Shown here: in pieces, positions 49,101 through 55,426 of the stretch
Layout: each line of letters opens with the position of its first letter
How positions within the stretch are numbered: position 1 is the first letter of the stretch
Source: Opitutales bacterium
Lineage (GTDB): Bacteria > Verrucomicrobiota > Verrucomicrobiia > Opitutales > Seribacteraceae
Assembly: GCA_029252505.1 (NCBI GenBank)
Contig: JAQXBH010000093.1
Location: forward strand, 526 to 64,525
Length of the DNA stretch: 64,000 nt
Reading direction: 5' to 3'
The notes under the pieces: model-generated
What the model was told of the DNA's origin: nothing
Databases searched by the model: none
Seen by the model: the letters and a program-made list of their open reading frames with translations, nothing else
Position numbers and translations under genes: made by a program

Positions 49101-49993
49101 CCTCCACCATTATTGATTGATTGAAGTGAGCTAACTGCCAAATAATTGTCAGCGGCCGAAATATCCCAACCAAAACTGTCCAAATTCTCCCCAACAGTAT
49201 TTAGACTTTCCGTAAATCCATAACTTCCATTTGATTCACGAGTAAAAATATCAACTAAACCGGAGGAGGTCGAACTATCAGGGGAACTCACAAAAAGAAA
49301 TTGGTTTTCTACTTCCATTGCATGGCCAAATTGACCATTTTGTCCAGAGACAGAAGGAATTATTTTTTCAAGGTAAGAGTAACTCCCATTTACTTCCTTG
49401 TTGAAAACATGGATTGCACCGTCATGTGATATTGTCTCTCCCGGAGAACCGATAATAGTTTGGTTCCAATCGTTAATCACAACGGATTGACCAAACTTTA
49501 AAGAAGTTTCATTTACTTGGGGATGAAAAAATTGTGAATCATGAGGAGAAATATTAATTTGACCAACTGAAGCATTATCTTCGGGATTGAAGTAGTAAAG
49601 AACGCGGGAAGAATTTAATTCAGGCGAGAACAATGAATATTCGTCATCGCTATGGGACCCATTGTTCCAAATATCGAAGCCTTGGTATTGTGTATTGTTA
49701 TCTTCACCAATAGATAAGCGGACAGCGATTGTGCTGTTATTGTTAAAAACATAATAATTGTTTTCGTATAGTGATAAAGTAGGAAAAGAAGAATGTAACA
49801 ACCCATCCCCACTCAGTAAGAAGTCGGTACCATTCCAGTCCACCGAGAATGCCTGACTCATATTACCATCTTGGTTATTGGAAAATCCTCTGAGCGAAGT
49901 CAAAAAAAGCAAAAACAGACAAACCAGCAACCCTTTACAAAAAGCAAGGATGCAATTACTCAAACGAGTAAATATAGGTAAGCGCACGAGCAT
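40142..49993 (-). CDS. Giant secreted/surface protein (~3280 aa): FG-GAP propeller, tandem cadherin/Ig-like domains, DUF5011-like domain, two SBBP-like propeller regions, Trp-rich C-terminal domain
   Basis: Signal peptide; DEFGYS...LVGAP...GAAYIF repeats; VNDPP/YTPDGNFSG/LSGTP repeats; PPQLILKGD; GGEG/GGAGDD propeller repeats. AGGAGG SD at 50003-50008 favours ATG 49993. Confidence 0.9.
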   Translation of the reverse strand: MLVRLPIFTRLSNCILAFCKGLLVCLFLLFLTSLRGFSNNQDGNMSQAFSVDWNGTDFLLSGDGLLHSSFPTLSLYENNYYVFNNNSTIAVRLSIGEDNNTQYQGFDIWNNGSHSDDEYSLFSPELNSSRVLYYFNPEDNASVGQINISPHDSQFFHPQVNETSLKFGQSVVINDWNQTIIGSPGETISHDGAIHVFNKEVNGSYSYLEKIIPSVSGQNGQFGHAMEVENQFLFVSSPDSSTSSGLVDIFTRESNGSYGFTESLNTVGENLDSFGWDISAADNYLAVSSLQSINNGGGKISIFENNGTNWGIDTVLRADDNQSNDEFGYSLNLSGPRLLVGAPKADANGTDSGAAYIFEQNASGWFQTAKLSPIGLSAGDEFGYSVSLANNLAFVGARQKDGNGTNAGAVYIFHLNGLNWEQVSIIYPPQDQSNQFFSSDLKVNTDILAVSSPSQGEGYVHLYRVESNGSNISLISSLSLDESNSTDQGFLSIALKNGTAIVGIPGDSTFADVGGGALAFHNDAWQMKVLPDLAPIIDYNASINHTIAEDSGIYQYDFNGSHPFDSDLIWSLFLHPDGNATFDLNSTTGMFSYTPDGNFSGIHSFRATLSNENYFDIVDFNVTVTPVQDAPIFITSSIPSGMEGDDYNQTISVFDADGDNLSLSYNSTLVGLGLTGFTIAGIPGGGSANGQAYQDYNVTLSLNDGTDIVQKSFNLQILKRNNPPQIWVNGDSNLSVLPDIILSEDFNETSWYASLPLLDYNDSDGHRVDLNVTVYPTHGNLTWDINATDLNRSISYTPLVPHFNGTDSFTMILRDIDGEGNKSTLLTFNLVISPVNDPPEISSVPAFTDVNEGSMFHYPLVLLDPDLNDVGSTELLNVTVENLPSNGWLEYNSTTQILSGTPSWSDYEEVGPRLIVIKVVDQAGLEDTQAFTLQVIPNNYPPVISQGATFSTSLNEDSIINTWSGLDLSVTGLDQTLGTLTWVISQQAQNGIASVTGTGTTPSSLSYQPDGNFSGTDYFLVQVFESLDPNASDVIRINLNVLPVEDDPVFKSSTSGVAIQDFLFDYNITTFDADLGANVTISSLVPLPGWLNLSDFGNGSARLSGSPNQYDLGNNLIVLEVRDQTNRFAVQAFMLVVLDENNNPVIAQGETTTFVHTEDLTWNGSSLISATDIDGQFLNWTLKSSPSNGSAQVSGQGSSPPVLDYTPDSNFSGFDSFQVEVSDGIGSDLITINLNIQNVDDAPVFSILPTDQITIDNQNFTISPKVYDADSLVGSEIQLTGPSWLGVSSFDRSNGVILLEGVPGESDEGNSSFSIRITDSTGLYNSAEFDVQVRVLNYAPIINSGLASVSVTMVEDQNSTWIAPVLVGIDMETPSSNLVWSVFSHPSHGTVIISGNGSSPATFDYSPDGNFSGSDSFTVKVTDGGGIEGSPSKYDTIVVNVEVSPVNDPPVFISTPSYSWNDESVYVYNVNTYDADWNYEWHSIDLNVSGNLPEWLTFKDEGNGTGLLYGLATVQEEGNYTISFEVFDSNQTSTIQNFTLEIRIDNYPPVFKSVSESNKTISELLVYVDEDSNLSSARGGWVAPSDYIAEDPDPTKPSAIPLTWTLAENPKSGASVVVQDSPNSGEIDRQRPYLFSYSPRENFFGDDIIKLKVSDGNRSSILPVRVKVRALPDAPTFTTSFESVLVAKEGAQFSLDISTADPDNSPRTIKVFGLPSGGESWLKLGDQNSSSGSARLFGVAPSQSSGDRYQLAFVVTDDTGLFSVLNCQLIVDGKNISPVINPSSIITIRFDSTGQAHPSDIARLYASDTEGENLVWSLSPNSLPSFGTVSVSGDGTSNPLIKYLPYSSAQKDRFGIRVSDGVSFDEIEIIAIVVENFDSFDVTEPTITSTTAGLSITDHFKISNLTRNSVTQAIILQGPPWLKVKKVAYDLFKLEGMVPENVTGDFAIKLSFLENNERKALKEYSLKVLNISPPQLILKGDQFIQLSVGQIFSEPGYLSTAQDGSDLNDSVDINGSVDMSQKGIYQITYRSADSSGNFSELKRTIQVVDRNDSVRISNITSIVPVGLDTFSVLKNGSFLLGSSSESEAIVSKYENHVELSNPIHTLRFKAQKISIEQVLELKDGGFSVCGVFRGNLEFGKNLVSAKGNHNAFIARLDNNFQHVWLKTISCSSTLSNLEQMEMMDQSIQIAGNFREQLKLNSQNWNAQGESDNFAMKLTDTGELIWLKTYGGEGTEEMVGMGELSNGSFVAVSNSVKENSPSYSTLVKFNKDGVVTGGKSFPNVNFNQSTGLECINDSILVVGQFETQLIIDSMAISSGSPSSGFTLSFDSALELNWMKSFSSTGSTTVQEVQADRFGYPIVVLNYDGNLSVPSSSLIHESLGLNDLMLVKLDPITGAIIWNEPISTVANDFATEFQIGPFGTILLGTSLSTPFNLNEFSYSVGNQFLVQLESILGKPAFAPFSNLNLQENTFFHQEIRVLNQPFVRMELIKSPPWMSFQDNLNGTGMLGGVPSNTISSTGNIKVRAYNGDGGISDLDFNYSVTSNPQVIISNPKLASFSSALNFGKEVNISSTAPSSDGNYLIGGTFSQSVNLGQTILRSQGQTNGFVAKLSLSGTIDRSVQLISSGDLSVGSTILGLDGEIYIIGDFSGDLQIGPFSIQSSGGHDLYVVEWSEDGSLKNLSSIGSSSNEYFQDACFYQNSLFLTGQFDGTFSHGMYTVNSKGGEDGFILEVPSIDISSASWLQSFGGIEDDRVDALAISSMGKIFLAGSYQGISSFGDITHQSLGLSDCFVAELNNKGIWQNIYSGGGEGADKVNGLYLEQENRLVIAGNFRNSMSWGNRKVESNGKQDGFIAVLTDKGNCISFNAYGGTGNDSIDSIHKNSIHTYFVGSFSNDIKLGEKIFSTSGKKDSFLAKLNQEGTSVIDAVQIGGAGDDLMKSITSSFPGHKLTTGITSGIMDSSGSLSTANNGSFNAYIALWGPKQFTPILSPAPKTSIPTSSMYRYEFNSGPWPSGTELTLNNVQKPNWLNIDLFSDGSGLVWGKSPTTISPDETVRFDINSTDLPGLTAQWKVKILVNGSAFSILGNPVSSGVQFKLYRSEFLLTGSSFDNILLIPEGFPKWLRLNRISKNRFVVEGTPLERDTGTFPIQIFADQFIDQNFSYQETLEYSLTVQTKMSQEATETNLGDWKTNWLGYFNTFDNSWTYHEDFLWIYLVANSQTDNIWFWTERWGWSWTNTENWDADKGEGYLYNSLISDWLFFRRKQGDVPSAIYHYSLKKWHRYE

Positions 49994-50076
49994 TAACAAT
50001 AACCTCCTAAATATAAGCTAGTATTGCAAAGCTTTTAGGGAAATTTTTTACCCGAGTACAATCGGGGAGATCATAC

Positions 50077-50427
50077 TCAAGACCTCTTCGGTGCTCGTCT
50101 TACGAAAGGGACTATTTTGGATGAAGGCACACGTTGTACAAGTGGAGTACTTCTGACTGGCTTAGGTCGTTTGACTAAAGGCGTGCGCTTGACACGCTTT
50201 GGATATCTTGCAGTAGGTGAACGAGGAGCACTTGGCGACTTACGGGCAATTCGAGCGGAGGACACAAAAGGAGCACGCTTGGGAAAACCAAAGCTTGGAA
50301 CCGAACGAACTTTACTAACAGAGGGGGCTCGAGGAGCAGAAGGTGCTTGTCGAAAACCGAAAACAGAAAATGTGAGCAGGAAAAATCCTGTTAAGTATGA
50401 TAGATAAAATAATCTGTTAGGAAACAC
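50077..50427 (-). CDS. Small secreted Pro/Arg/Ser-rich polycationic protein
   Basis: Signal-peptide-like N-terminus, then R-x-P repeats with no Asp/Glu; GTG start overlaps the stop of the upstream peptidase gene. Confidence 0.55.
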   Translation of the reverse strand: MFPNRLFYLSYLTGFFLLTFSVFGFRQAPSAPRAPSVSKVRSVPSFGFPKRAPFVSSARIARKSPSAPRSPTARYPKRVKRTPLVKRPKPVRSTPLVQRVPSSKIVPFVRRAPKRS

Positions 50428-51610
50428 TTGTTAGAAATTTTTCTACCGGATACTCAGAGGAGAGATGATCCAGTAAAAAAGCAGTTGGTTGAAAGTTCTG
50501 TAGAATACTAATACTCTCACCATTTTTGCTCATTCTGACTTCCGAAACATTAATTTCAGGGGTCTTTGGCGGTGCATATAAAATATCATCATGCGATGCA
50601 TTCATCCGGGAATTAAAAAGGTCAGGAGTTAATGAACCTCCTAAATGATCGCTCCTTCCGGTGGCAACATGACAAGTACCTAATATTTTTTCATCTTGAA
50701 TATCCTTGCCAGAAAAAGGTAGTAACTGTGTACCAAAGCCAAGTTCACCGATAATACCGGTTGCAGGATCTTCCTTGAGTTGCAGGTTGCGGTCATCCAC
50801 TTTCTGTTGATCCCCTCGGATGAGCGACGCATTTATGATCGCTCCATTATCAACCTCCATCTGAGCGAGGGTACCGTCCGAAAAGCGAAATGGAAATGAA
50901 CCGGAAGCAGAAGTAGGAACAAAATAAACTTCTCCGGCAGGAAGGTTTGCAACATCGGGAATCCCCCCCGGGCACAGACCATGACTTTTCTGTGCCGATT
51001 GGTTTTGGCAGTTAATAGTGAGGGTGGACTTTGTTCCCAACACTTCAAAATCGAGCTCAAAGGAATCAGACTGATCTAAAACACTTCTAAAAAGTTCGGA
51101 TTGCTTGCTTATTTCGTTATAATCAACCGCTAAACCTGAATTCAAAATTATATCGTTCACACCATGCAATGTAGCACCACGAAAACCATGTATCTTTGCC
51201 GAAGCAGTCAGTGGTGCGGTTAGTGAATAGTCAGTAATCGCAAGTATGATATCATATTTTGGATAAATATCATTTTCTAATGAAAGAGAATCACCATCGA
51301 AATTAGTAGCTGCATCTTCCGGATCTAAGTTACTGCCGCCAGTTGTTTTGAATGCAAATATGTCGTTACCCGAGTAATTGAGATCCTGCGATACTCCGTT
51401 TTTTAAATCATTTAGAAACACGTCGTGTGCATACTTCTGAACAGAAAAATCACTTGAATCCAGAAATTTGTGACCGTGCATTAAAGCGAGGTCAGGAAGA
51501 TCAATTAATATACAAATTCGTTTACCTCCGGAATCATTGTTGCCAAAACAAGTACTGAGAAGACGCTTTAAAGAAAACTTTGGGAATTCGTTGATGTTTG
51601 GTAAATACAT
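50417..51610 (-). CDS. M29 (aminopeptidase T-like) metallopeptidase homologue
   Basis: NLPAGEVY, IGELGFG, DEKILGTCHVATG, HDDI. Confidence 0.8.
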   Translation of the reverse strand: MYLPNINEFPKFSLKRLLSTCFGNNDSGGKRICILIDLPDLALMHGHKFLDSSDFSVQKYAHDVFLNDLKNGVSQDLNYSGNDIFAFKTTGGSNLDPEDAATNFDGDSLSLENDIYPKYDIILAITDYSLTAPLTASAKIHGFRGATLHGVNDIILNSGLAVDYNEISKQSELFRSVLDQSDSFELDFEVLGTKSTLTINCQNQSAQKSHGLCPGGIPDVANLPAGEVYFVPTSASGSFPFRFSDGTLAQMEVDNGAIINASLIRGDQQKVDDRNLQLKEDPATGIIGELGFGTQLLPFSGKDIQDEKILGTCHVATGRSDHLGGSLTPDLFNSRMNASHDDILYAPPKTPEINVSEVRMSKNGESISILQNFQPTAFLLDHLSSEYPVEKFLTSVS

Positions 51611-51682
51611 GATCTTTTTATATAAGCTTTTTGGAATTGTACAATACCACGCTTAAAAAAAACAATTTTTTTTGTAAATCTA

Positions 51683-52408
51683 TTATTTTGAATTTCGTCC
51701 TCCACATATTCTACAATCAATACCTTGTGGTTTTGAGGTCAAACTACCCCGCCCTCTTTGATAAAATGAACACCCTGGTCGGTGAATCTTACCAAAAGTA
51801 GTCACCCAGAAACTAAGTGAAGGTACGAAAGATCGTTGATTATTGTACATTCCAGGGAGGCGAGGTGTGGGAATGGACGAAGGGGATTGAATTTGCTTGT
51901 AGTTGAAATTATTAGCCCAAATTCCTAAATTTAATCGCTTAGCTTTTAACTGAGCTATTACAAATGGACCGTATCGATTCGATTCTTTTTCTGAATGCCA
52001 ACCAATTCCAAGTGAAATTGCCTCCCTGCTAAAATTCATTTGACCGTTCATGATGACAACTTCCACAACTTTCAAATTTTGCAAATCAAATTCTTGCCTT
52101 ATTTGAATTTTGGGGGAGGCAGATAGTAGTTTTTGTTCACTAAATGTAATTGCTTCATTGTATCCTGGTTGTTCCCGCTTGGGAAACTCTACTCCCCATA
52201 CTCTCATCCGAACCATAAAATCACGGGATTGAAAGTCAAAAACTCCAGGTTTTATTACTCTAATAATCTCTTCTTTTAACTGTGTGCTATTTGCTTCGTT
52301 TCCGGATAGGGGAACTTTTGATTTGTCTAATTCTCCAAAGGAATAAGTTAAAGAAATCAGCAGTAATAAAAAAATACTAAAGAAAAATTTAACATTTATG
52401 ATTCTCAT
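51683..52408 (-). CDS. Secreted thermonuclease (SNase)-fold protein with a C-terminal Cys/His zinc-finger-like domain
   Basis: Signal peptide; RVWGVEFPKREQPG, LGIGWH, AKRLNLGIW; KIHRPGC...CRICGG. Confidence 0.7.
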   Translation of the reverse strand: MRIINVKFFFSIFLLLLISLTYSFGELDKSKVPLSGNEANSTQLKEEIIRVIKPGVFDFQSRDFMVRMRVWGVEFPKREQPGYNEAITFSEQKLLSASPKIQIRQEFDLQNLKVVEVVIMNGQMNFSREAISLGIGWHSEKESNRYGPFVIAQLKAKRLNLGIWANNFNYKQIQSPSSIPTPRLPGMYNNQRSFVPSLSFWVTTFGKIHRPGCSFYQRGRGSLTSKPQGIDCRICGGRNSK

Positions 52409-52484
52409 AAGGTATTGAATTCAAACACTGTTCCGCATTCAATGCAACAATATGAAAAGTTTAAACTTCCTGAGATAATATAGA

Positions 52485-52513
52485 TTGAAAGTGTTCTTAC
52501 ATTATCTTATTCT
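52485..52513 (+). promoter_or_regulatory. sigma70-type promoter placing +1 at about the ATG (leaderless)
   Basis: TTGAAA-N17-TATTCT-N6-ATG(52520). Confidence 0.55.
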
Positions 52514-52519
52514 CTAAGA

Positions 52520-53413
52520 ATGCCTAGATTTGAAAGACCGAGAGCATCGACGATTGGAACTCCTGTTTATCATAGAAGGAGAAGAGACTGGAAAGATGAT
52601 CGAGACTTAATTGAAGAAGTTGCCGCATCGGTAAATAAATTGGATGGACCGTATGAGTACTATGATAAGGGCGTATTTGCATTTAGGGAAAAAGTAAAAG
52701 GATATAGAGAAGCTGGATATGAAAATAATAAAAGTGTTTTCTACCTTGGTATATGGCTTCGAGAGAAGCTGAGCGAAATGTCAAGAAACCAAGCAAGTTA
52801 CGATCTTCGCGTGCACACGATTCCTTTTCCAGAAGATCTTGAAACAGCTATCTTAAAAATTGAAAATAAAACATTTAATCCAGCGCAGAATAAAAACGAA
52901 AAGCTCTCTTTGGACACTCTGTTTCCAGATGCTCACTTGCGCAGTTTTGCGAGAGAAAGAATGCAGATGCTTCATAATGGAGACTTGATCGCCTACCTTT
53001 CATCACTGGTGCTCAAAGAAAAAGAATCATTATTAACTAATTCTGCTTCGATTATGGATTTGATTCACATTTGCGAATACAAGTTATCAGCCCTTAAGTT
53101 GGATGTAAGAAAGAGATACTCAGTCGGCGAAACAGATTTGTGGATTCCTTCCTTATCACTTGGAGTTGAAATTAGAAATACTTGGGAAAAAAGTGACGAA
53201 ATTTCTTTAATTCAAACTCTCAGCGATACCAATTTCAGACTCCAGTCTCGTCATCTCGTAGTAGTAGTGCCGGACGACATAAGCGACGAATCATTCGAAT
53301 TACTTCGTGCAATTGAAAGAAGGCAGGTGTTTGAAAACCTATCCATTATCCGAATCGGAGACTTTTCCGAGTATGTATCAAGAATTAAGGAAAGCGAAAA
53401 AACAAGAAGCTAA
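52520..53413 (+). CDS. Hypothetical protein with a possible C-terminal PD-(D/E)xK-like fold
   Basis: 297-aa ORF; ETDLWIPSLSLGVEIR motif followed by LVVVVP. Confidence 0.7.
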   Translation: MPRFERPRASTIGTPVYHRRRRDWKDDRDLIEEVAASVNKLDGPYEYYDKGVFAFREKVKGYREAGYENNKSVFYLGIWLREKLSEMSRNQASYDLRVHTIPFPEDLETAILKIENKTFNPAQNKNEKLSLDTLFPDAHLRSFARERMQMLHNGDLIAYLSSLVLKEKESLLTNSASIMDLIHICEYKLSALKLDVRKRYSVGETDLWIPSLSLGVEIRNTWEKSDEISLIQTLSDTNFRLQSRHLVVVVPDDISDESFELLRAIERRQVFENLSIIRIGDFSEYVSRIKESEKTRS

Positions 53414-53979
53414 CTTTGAGGTGTAATTTCCTCTTTTATTAATCGTCCAGTTCGATCCCATAAACGACGACCAATATACCTCCCTTCACTCCAATAAGCC
53501 TCTTCCCTTACTACCCCATTGGGCCACCATCTCGATTTAACCCCAACCAGCACACCTTGATCAAAGTTTGCTTCAAGGGCTCTTTGCCCACCCGAAAAAT
53601 TCCTGACTTGTTGCCCATGGGGTAACCCTCTGTAGTAAGAAGTTTTTAATGAAAGCGATCCATCGGAGAAATTCTCAATCACAGTACCGGTAAAAGGTTC
53701 GTCCCATAAATCTTTACGATATAGACGACCATTTTTTTGAGTAACTGCTTCGCTTTGCTCAATCGTGGGAAAAGTTGCGAGTGGTTTTTCAAAATCGGCC
53801 AAAATTTTATCGACTTCACGGTCTTTTGAATTAAAACGATCATCGATCACCAAATCTTCGATCGTCTCTACTTCATTGAAAGCGGTCTCTGTAAGTTGAG
53901 TAACAGATTCGGGCTCCTTTTCACTACATCCCCCAAAATAAAAACTGATCCATACGAACGAAAGAATAATTGATCTCAT
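53410..53979 (-). CDS. Lipoprotein with MORN-variant (YwqK-like) repeats
   Basis: FGGC lipobox; EPFTG, YYRGLPHG, FDQGVLVG, WWPNG repeats. Confidence 0.8.
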   Translation of the reverse strand: MRSIILSFVWISFYFGGCSEKEPESVTQLTETAFNEVETIEDLVIDDRFNSKDREVDKILADFEKPLATFPTIEQSEAVTQKNGRLYRKDLWDEPFTGTVIENFSDGSLSLKTSYYRGLPHGQQVRNFSGGQRALEANFDQGVLVGVKSRWWPNGVVREEAYWSEGRYIGRRLWDRTGRLIKEEITPQS

Positions 53980-54034
53980 GATGGTTATGGTGAAGATTAG
54001 TTGGACTCGTGCAATACGAAAAAAAATTACTGAA

Positions 54035-54523
54035 ATGAAAAACTTATTCTTAATTCGACATGCAAAGTCTTCTTGGGAAAGCAGCCAAATTGAAGATCAC
54101 GAACGAACATTAAATGCAAGAGGCTTAAAAGATGCCTCCAATATGGGCAAAACGCTAAAAGCACGTTATACTTCTCCGCAAAAAATAATTTCTTCGACTG
54201 CATGCCGAGCAAAAGAAACAATCGCATTAATCAAAGCTCAATGGTGTCCTTTGCAAAGTGTAGAATATGATAAACTACTATACGAAGGATCCCCATCTAC
54301 AATTTTGGATAAAATTCAAAGATTCCCCCCGGAAATAAGCTCCGTTGCATTAGTATTTCACAACCCTATGGTTACACATCTTGCAAACCTATTGGGATCG
54401 AGTTCAATCCTAAGTATTCCAACATGTGGAGTGGTAATTTTAAGTAGTAAAAACGAGAAATGGAATTTACTCGAAGTAGGAAGCTGTGTGGTCGAAAATT
54501 TTGAATATCCCAAAAAGAGTTAA
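54035..54523 (+). CDS. sixA: Phosphohistidine phosphatase SixA
   Basis: LIRHAKSSW, DHERTLNARG, SSTACRA, FHNP; start at ATG 54035. Confidence 0.9.
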   Translation: MKNLFLIRHAKSSWESSQIEDHERTLNARGLKDASNMGKTLKARYTSPQKIISSTACRAKETIALIKAQWCPLQSVEYDKLLYEGSPSTILDKIQRFPPEISSVALVFHNPMVTHLANLLGSSSILSIPTCGVVILSSKNEKWNLLEVGSCVVENFEYPKKS

Positions 54524-54526
54524 ACG

Positions 54527-54814
54527 CTACAGATAATTTTCTTCGGAAAGAATTCTTTCCGCAACACAACTCAAGGGATCATCGAATTGCTCAAATCCCA
54601 TATTCATAAAATCAGAATCAGAATTTTCTGCTTCTGGCATTTCCATTAGCAGGTCAACCCATTTGCCAATTTCTTCCTTGGAGATTTTTTCAGCAGGTTC
54701 AGAGGGAAATATAATAATATCACTCTGATTGATGTAGCTTGAATTCAAAGGAGTTGATTCATCACTCCTCATCAAGTTTTTTTCCTTCTTTAGATAGTCT
54801 TGAATATATATCAC
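54527..54814 (-). CDS. Small acidic protein, copy 1; divergent FlgM (anti-sigma28)-like
   Basis: Paralogue of 55030-55317 (KEEIGKWVD.LMEMPE and DDPL.CVAERILSEE shared). Alternative start ATG 54772 with an AAGGA SD. Coding status is well supported; the FlgM call is an inference. Confidence 0.6.
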   Translation of the reverse strand: MIYIQDYLKKEKNLMRSDESTPLNSSYINQSDIIIFPSEPAEKISKEEIGKWVDLLMEMPEAENSDSDFMNMGFEQFDDPLSCVAERILSEENYL

Positions 54815-54853
54815 AACAAATTAATAAAATGCCTGTTCGGCAAAATTGGTGGT

Positions 54854-54918
54854 TGTGATTCTAATCGACCTCCTGTGGATTGAACCAAATTTTAATGAGG
54901 CTACATCCATGTAGCTAA
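54854..54918 (-). promoter_or_regulatory. Structured 5' leader with GGA-loop (CsrA/RsmA-type) hairpins, copy 1
   Basis: GCTACA-TGGA-TGTAGC hairpin plus TTCAATCCACAGGAGGTCGATTAGAATCACA (31 bp identical in copy 2). Confidence 0.7.
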
Positions 54919-54923
54919 CAATA

Positions 54924-54950
54924 TGATCGACCATTTTATCTAAATCTTTA
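54924..54950 (-). promoter_or_regulatory. sigma28 (FliA) promoter, copy 1
   Basis: TAAA-N15-GTCGATCA against consensus TAAA-N15-GCCGATAA. Confidence 0.75.
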
Positions 54951-55029
54951 ACGAAAAGTTGATATTCAACCTCTTACTAAACTTCGTCGATTTCATAATA
55001 AGATACCTAGTTCGTCAGAATATTGCTTA

Positions 55030-55317
55030 CTAAAAGTAGCTTTCTTCCGAAAGAATTCTTTCTGCAACACAGGTCAATGGATCATCAAGTTCGTTGTATC
55101 CTTCGTCTACGAACATAGAAGGCGAAGTTTTAGGTTCAGGCATCTCCATTAATTGATCTACCCATTTACCAATTTCTTCTTTGGTTACATCCTCCTCTGC
55201 TTCAGCGGGGAATGAAATCACATCCCGTTGGGTACTAAAATCAGATGCAGTTTGGCTTGATTCATCACTCATAGTTAACAATTCCTTTTTTTCCAGATAG
55301 TCTTGAATAAATATCAC
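55030..55317 (-). CDS. Small acidic protein, copy 2; divergent FlgM (anti-sigma28)-like
   Basis: Paralogue of 54527-54814; alternative start ATG 55272 with an AAGGA SD. Confidence 0.6.
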   Translation of the reverse strand: MIFIQDYLEKKELLTMSDESSQTASDFSTQRDVISFPAEAEEDVTKEEIGKWVDQLMEMPEPKTSPSMFVDEGYNELDDPLTCVAERILSEESYF

Positions 55318-55355
55318 AACAATTTGAATTTAATGTCCTAGACATTATTATTGGC

Positions 55356-55420
55356 TGTGATTCTAATCGACCTCCTGTGGATTGAATCAGTAATAAATGA
55401 GGCTGCATCCTTGCGGCTAA
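55356..55420 (-). promoter_or_regulatory. Structured 5' leader with GGA-loop (CsrA/RsmA-type) hairpins, copy 2
   Basis: GCCGCA-AGGA-TGCAGC hairpin plus the same 31-bp block as copy 1. Confidence 0.7.
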
Positions 55421-55426
55421 TTAACA

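Noticed and set aside
50117-50407. Plus-strand 96-aa Gly/Arg/Leu ORF
   Set aside because: Antisense mirror of the Pro/Arg-rich ORF, which has a signal peptide and matches the strand of its neighbours.
51653-51673. A8-CAA-T8 inverted repeat as a terminator
   Set aside because: The stem is AU-only and too weak to call.
53410-53979. YwqK-like lipoproteins as toxin-antitoxin modules
   Set aside because: No recognisable cognate toxin is co-transcribed, and MORN-variant lipoproteins are commonly stand-alone.
54854-55386. 31-bp identical repeats as a CRISPR array or IS ends
   Set aside because: Only two copies, ~500 bp apart, inside a gene duplication; no cas or transposase genes.
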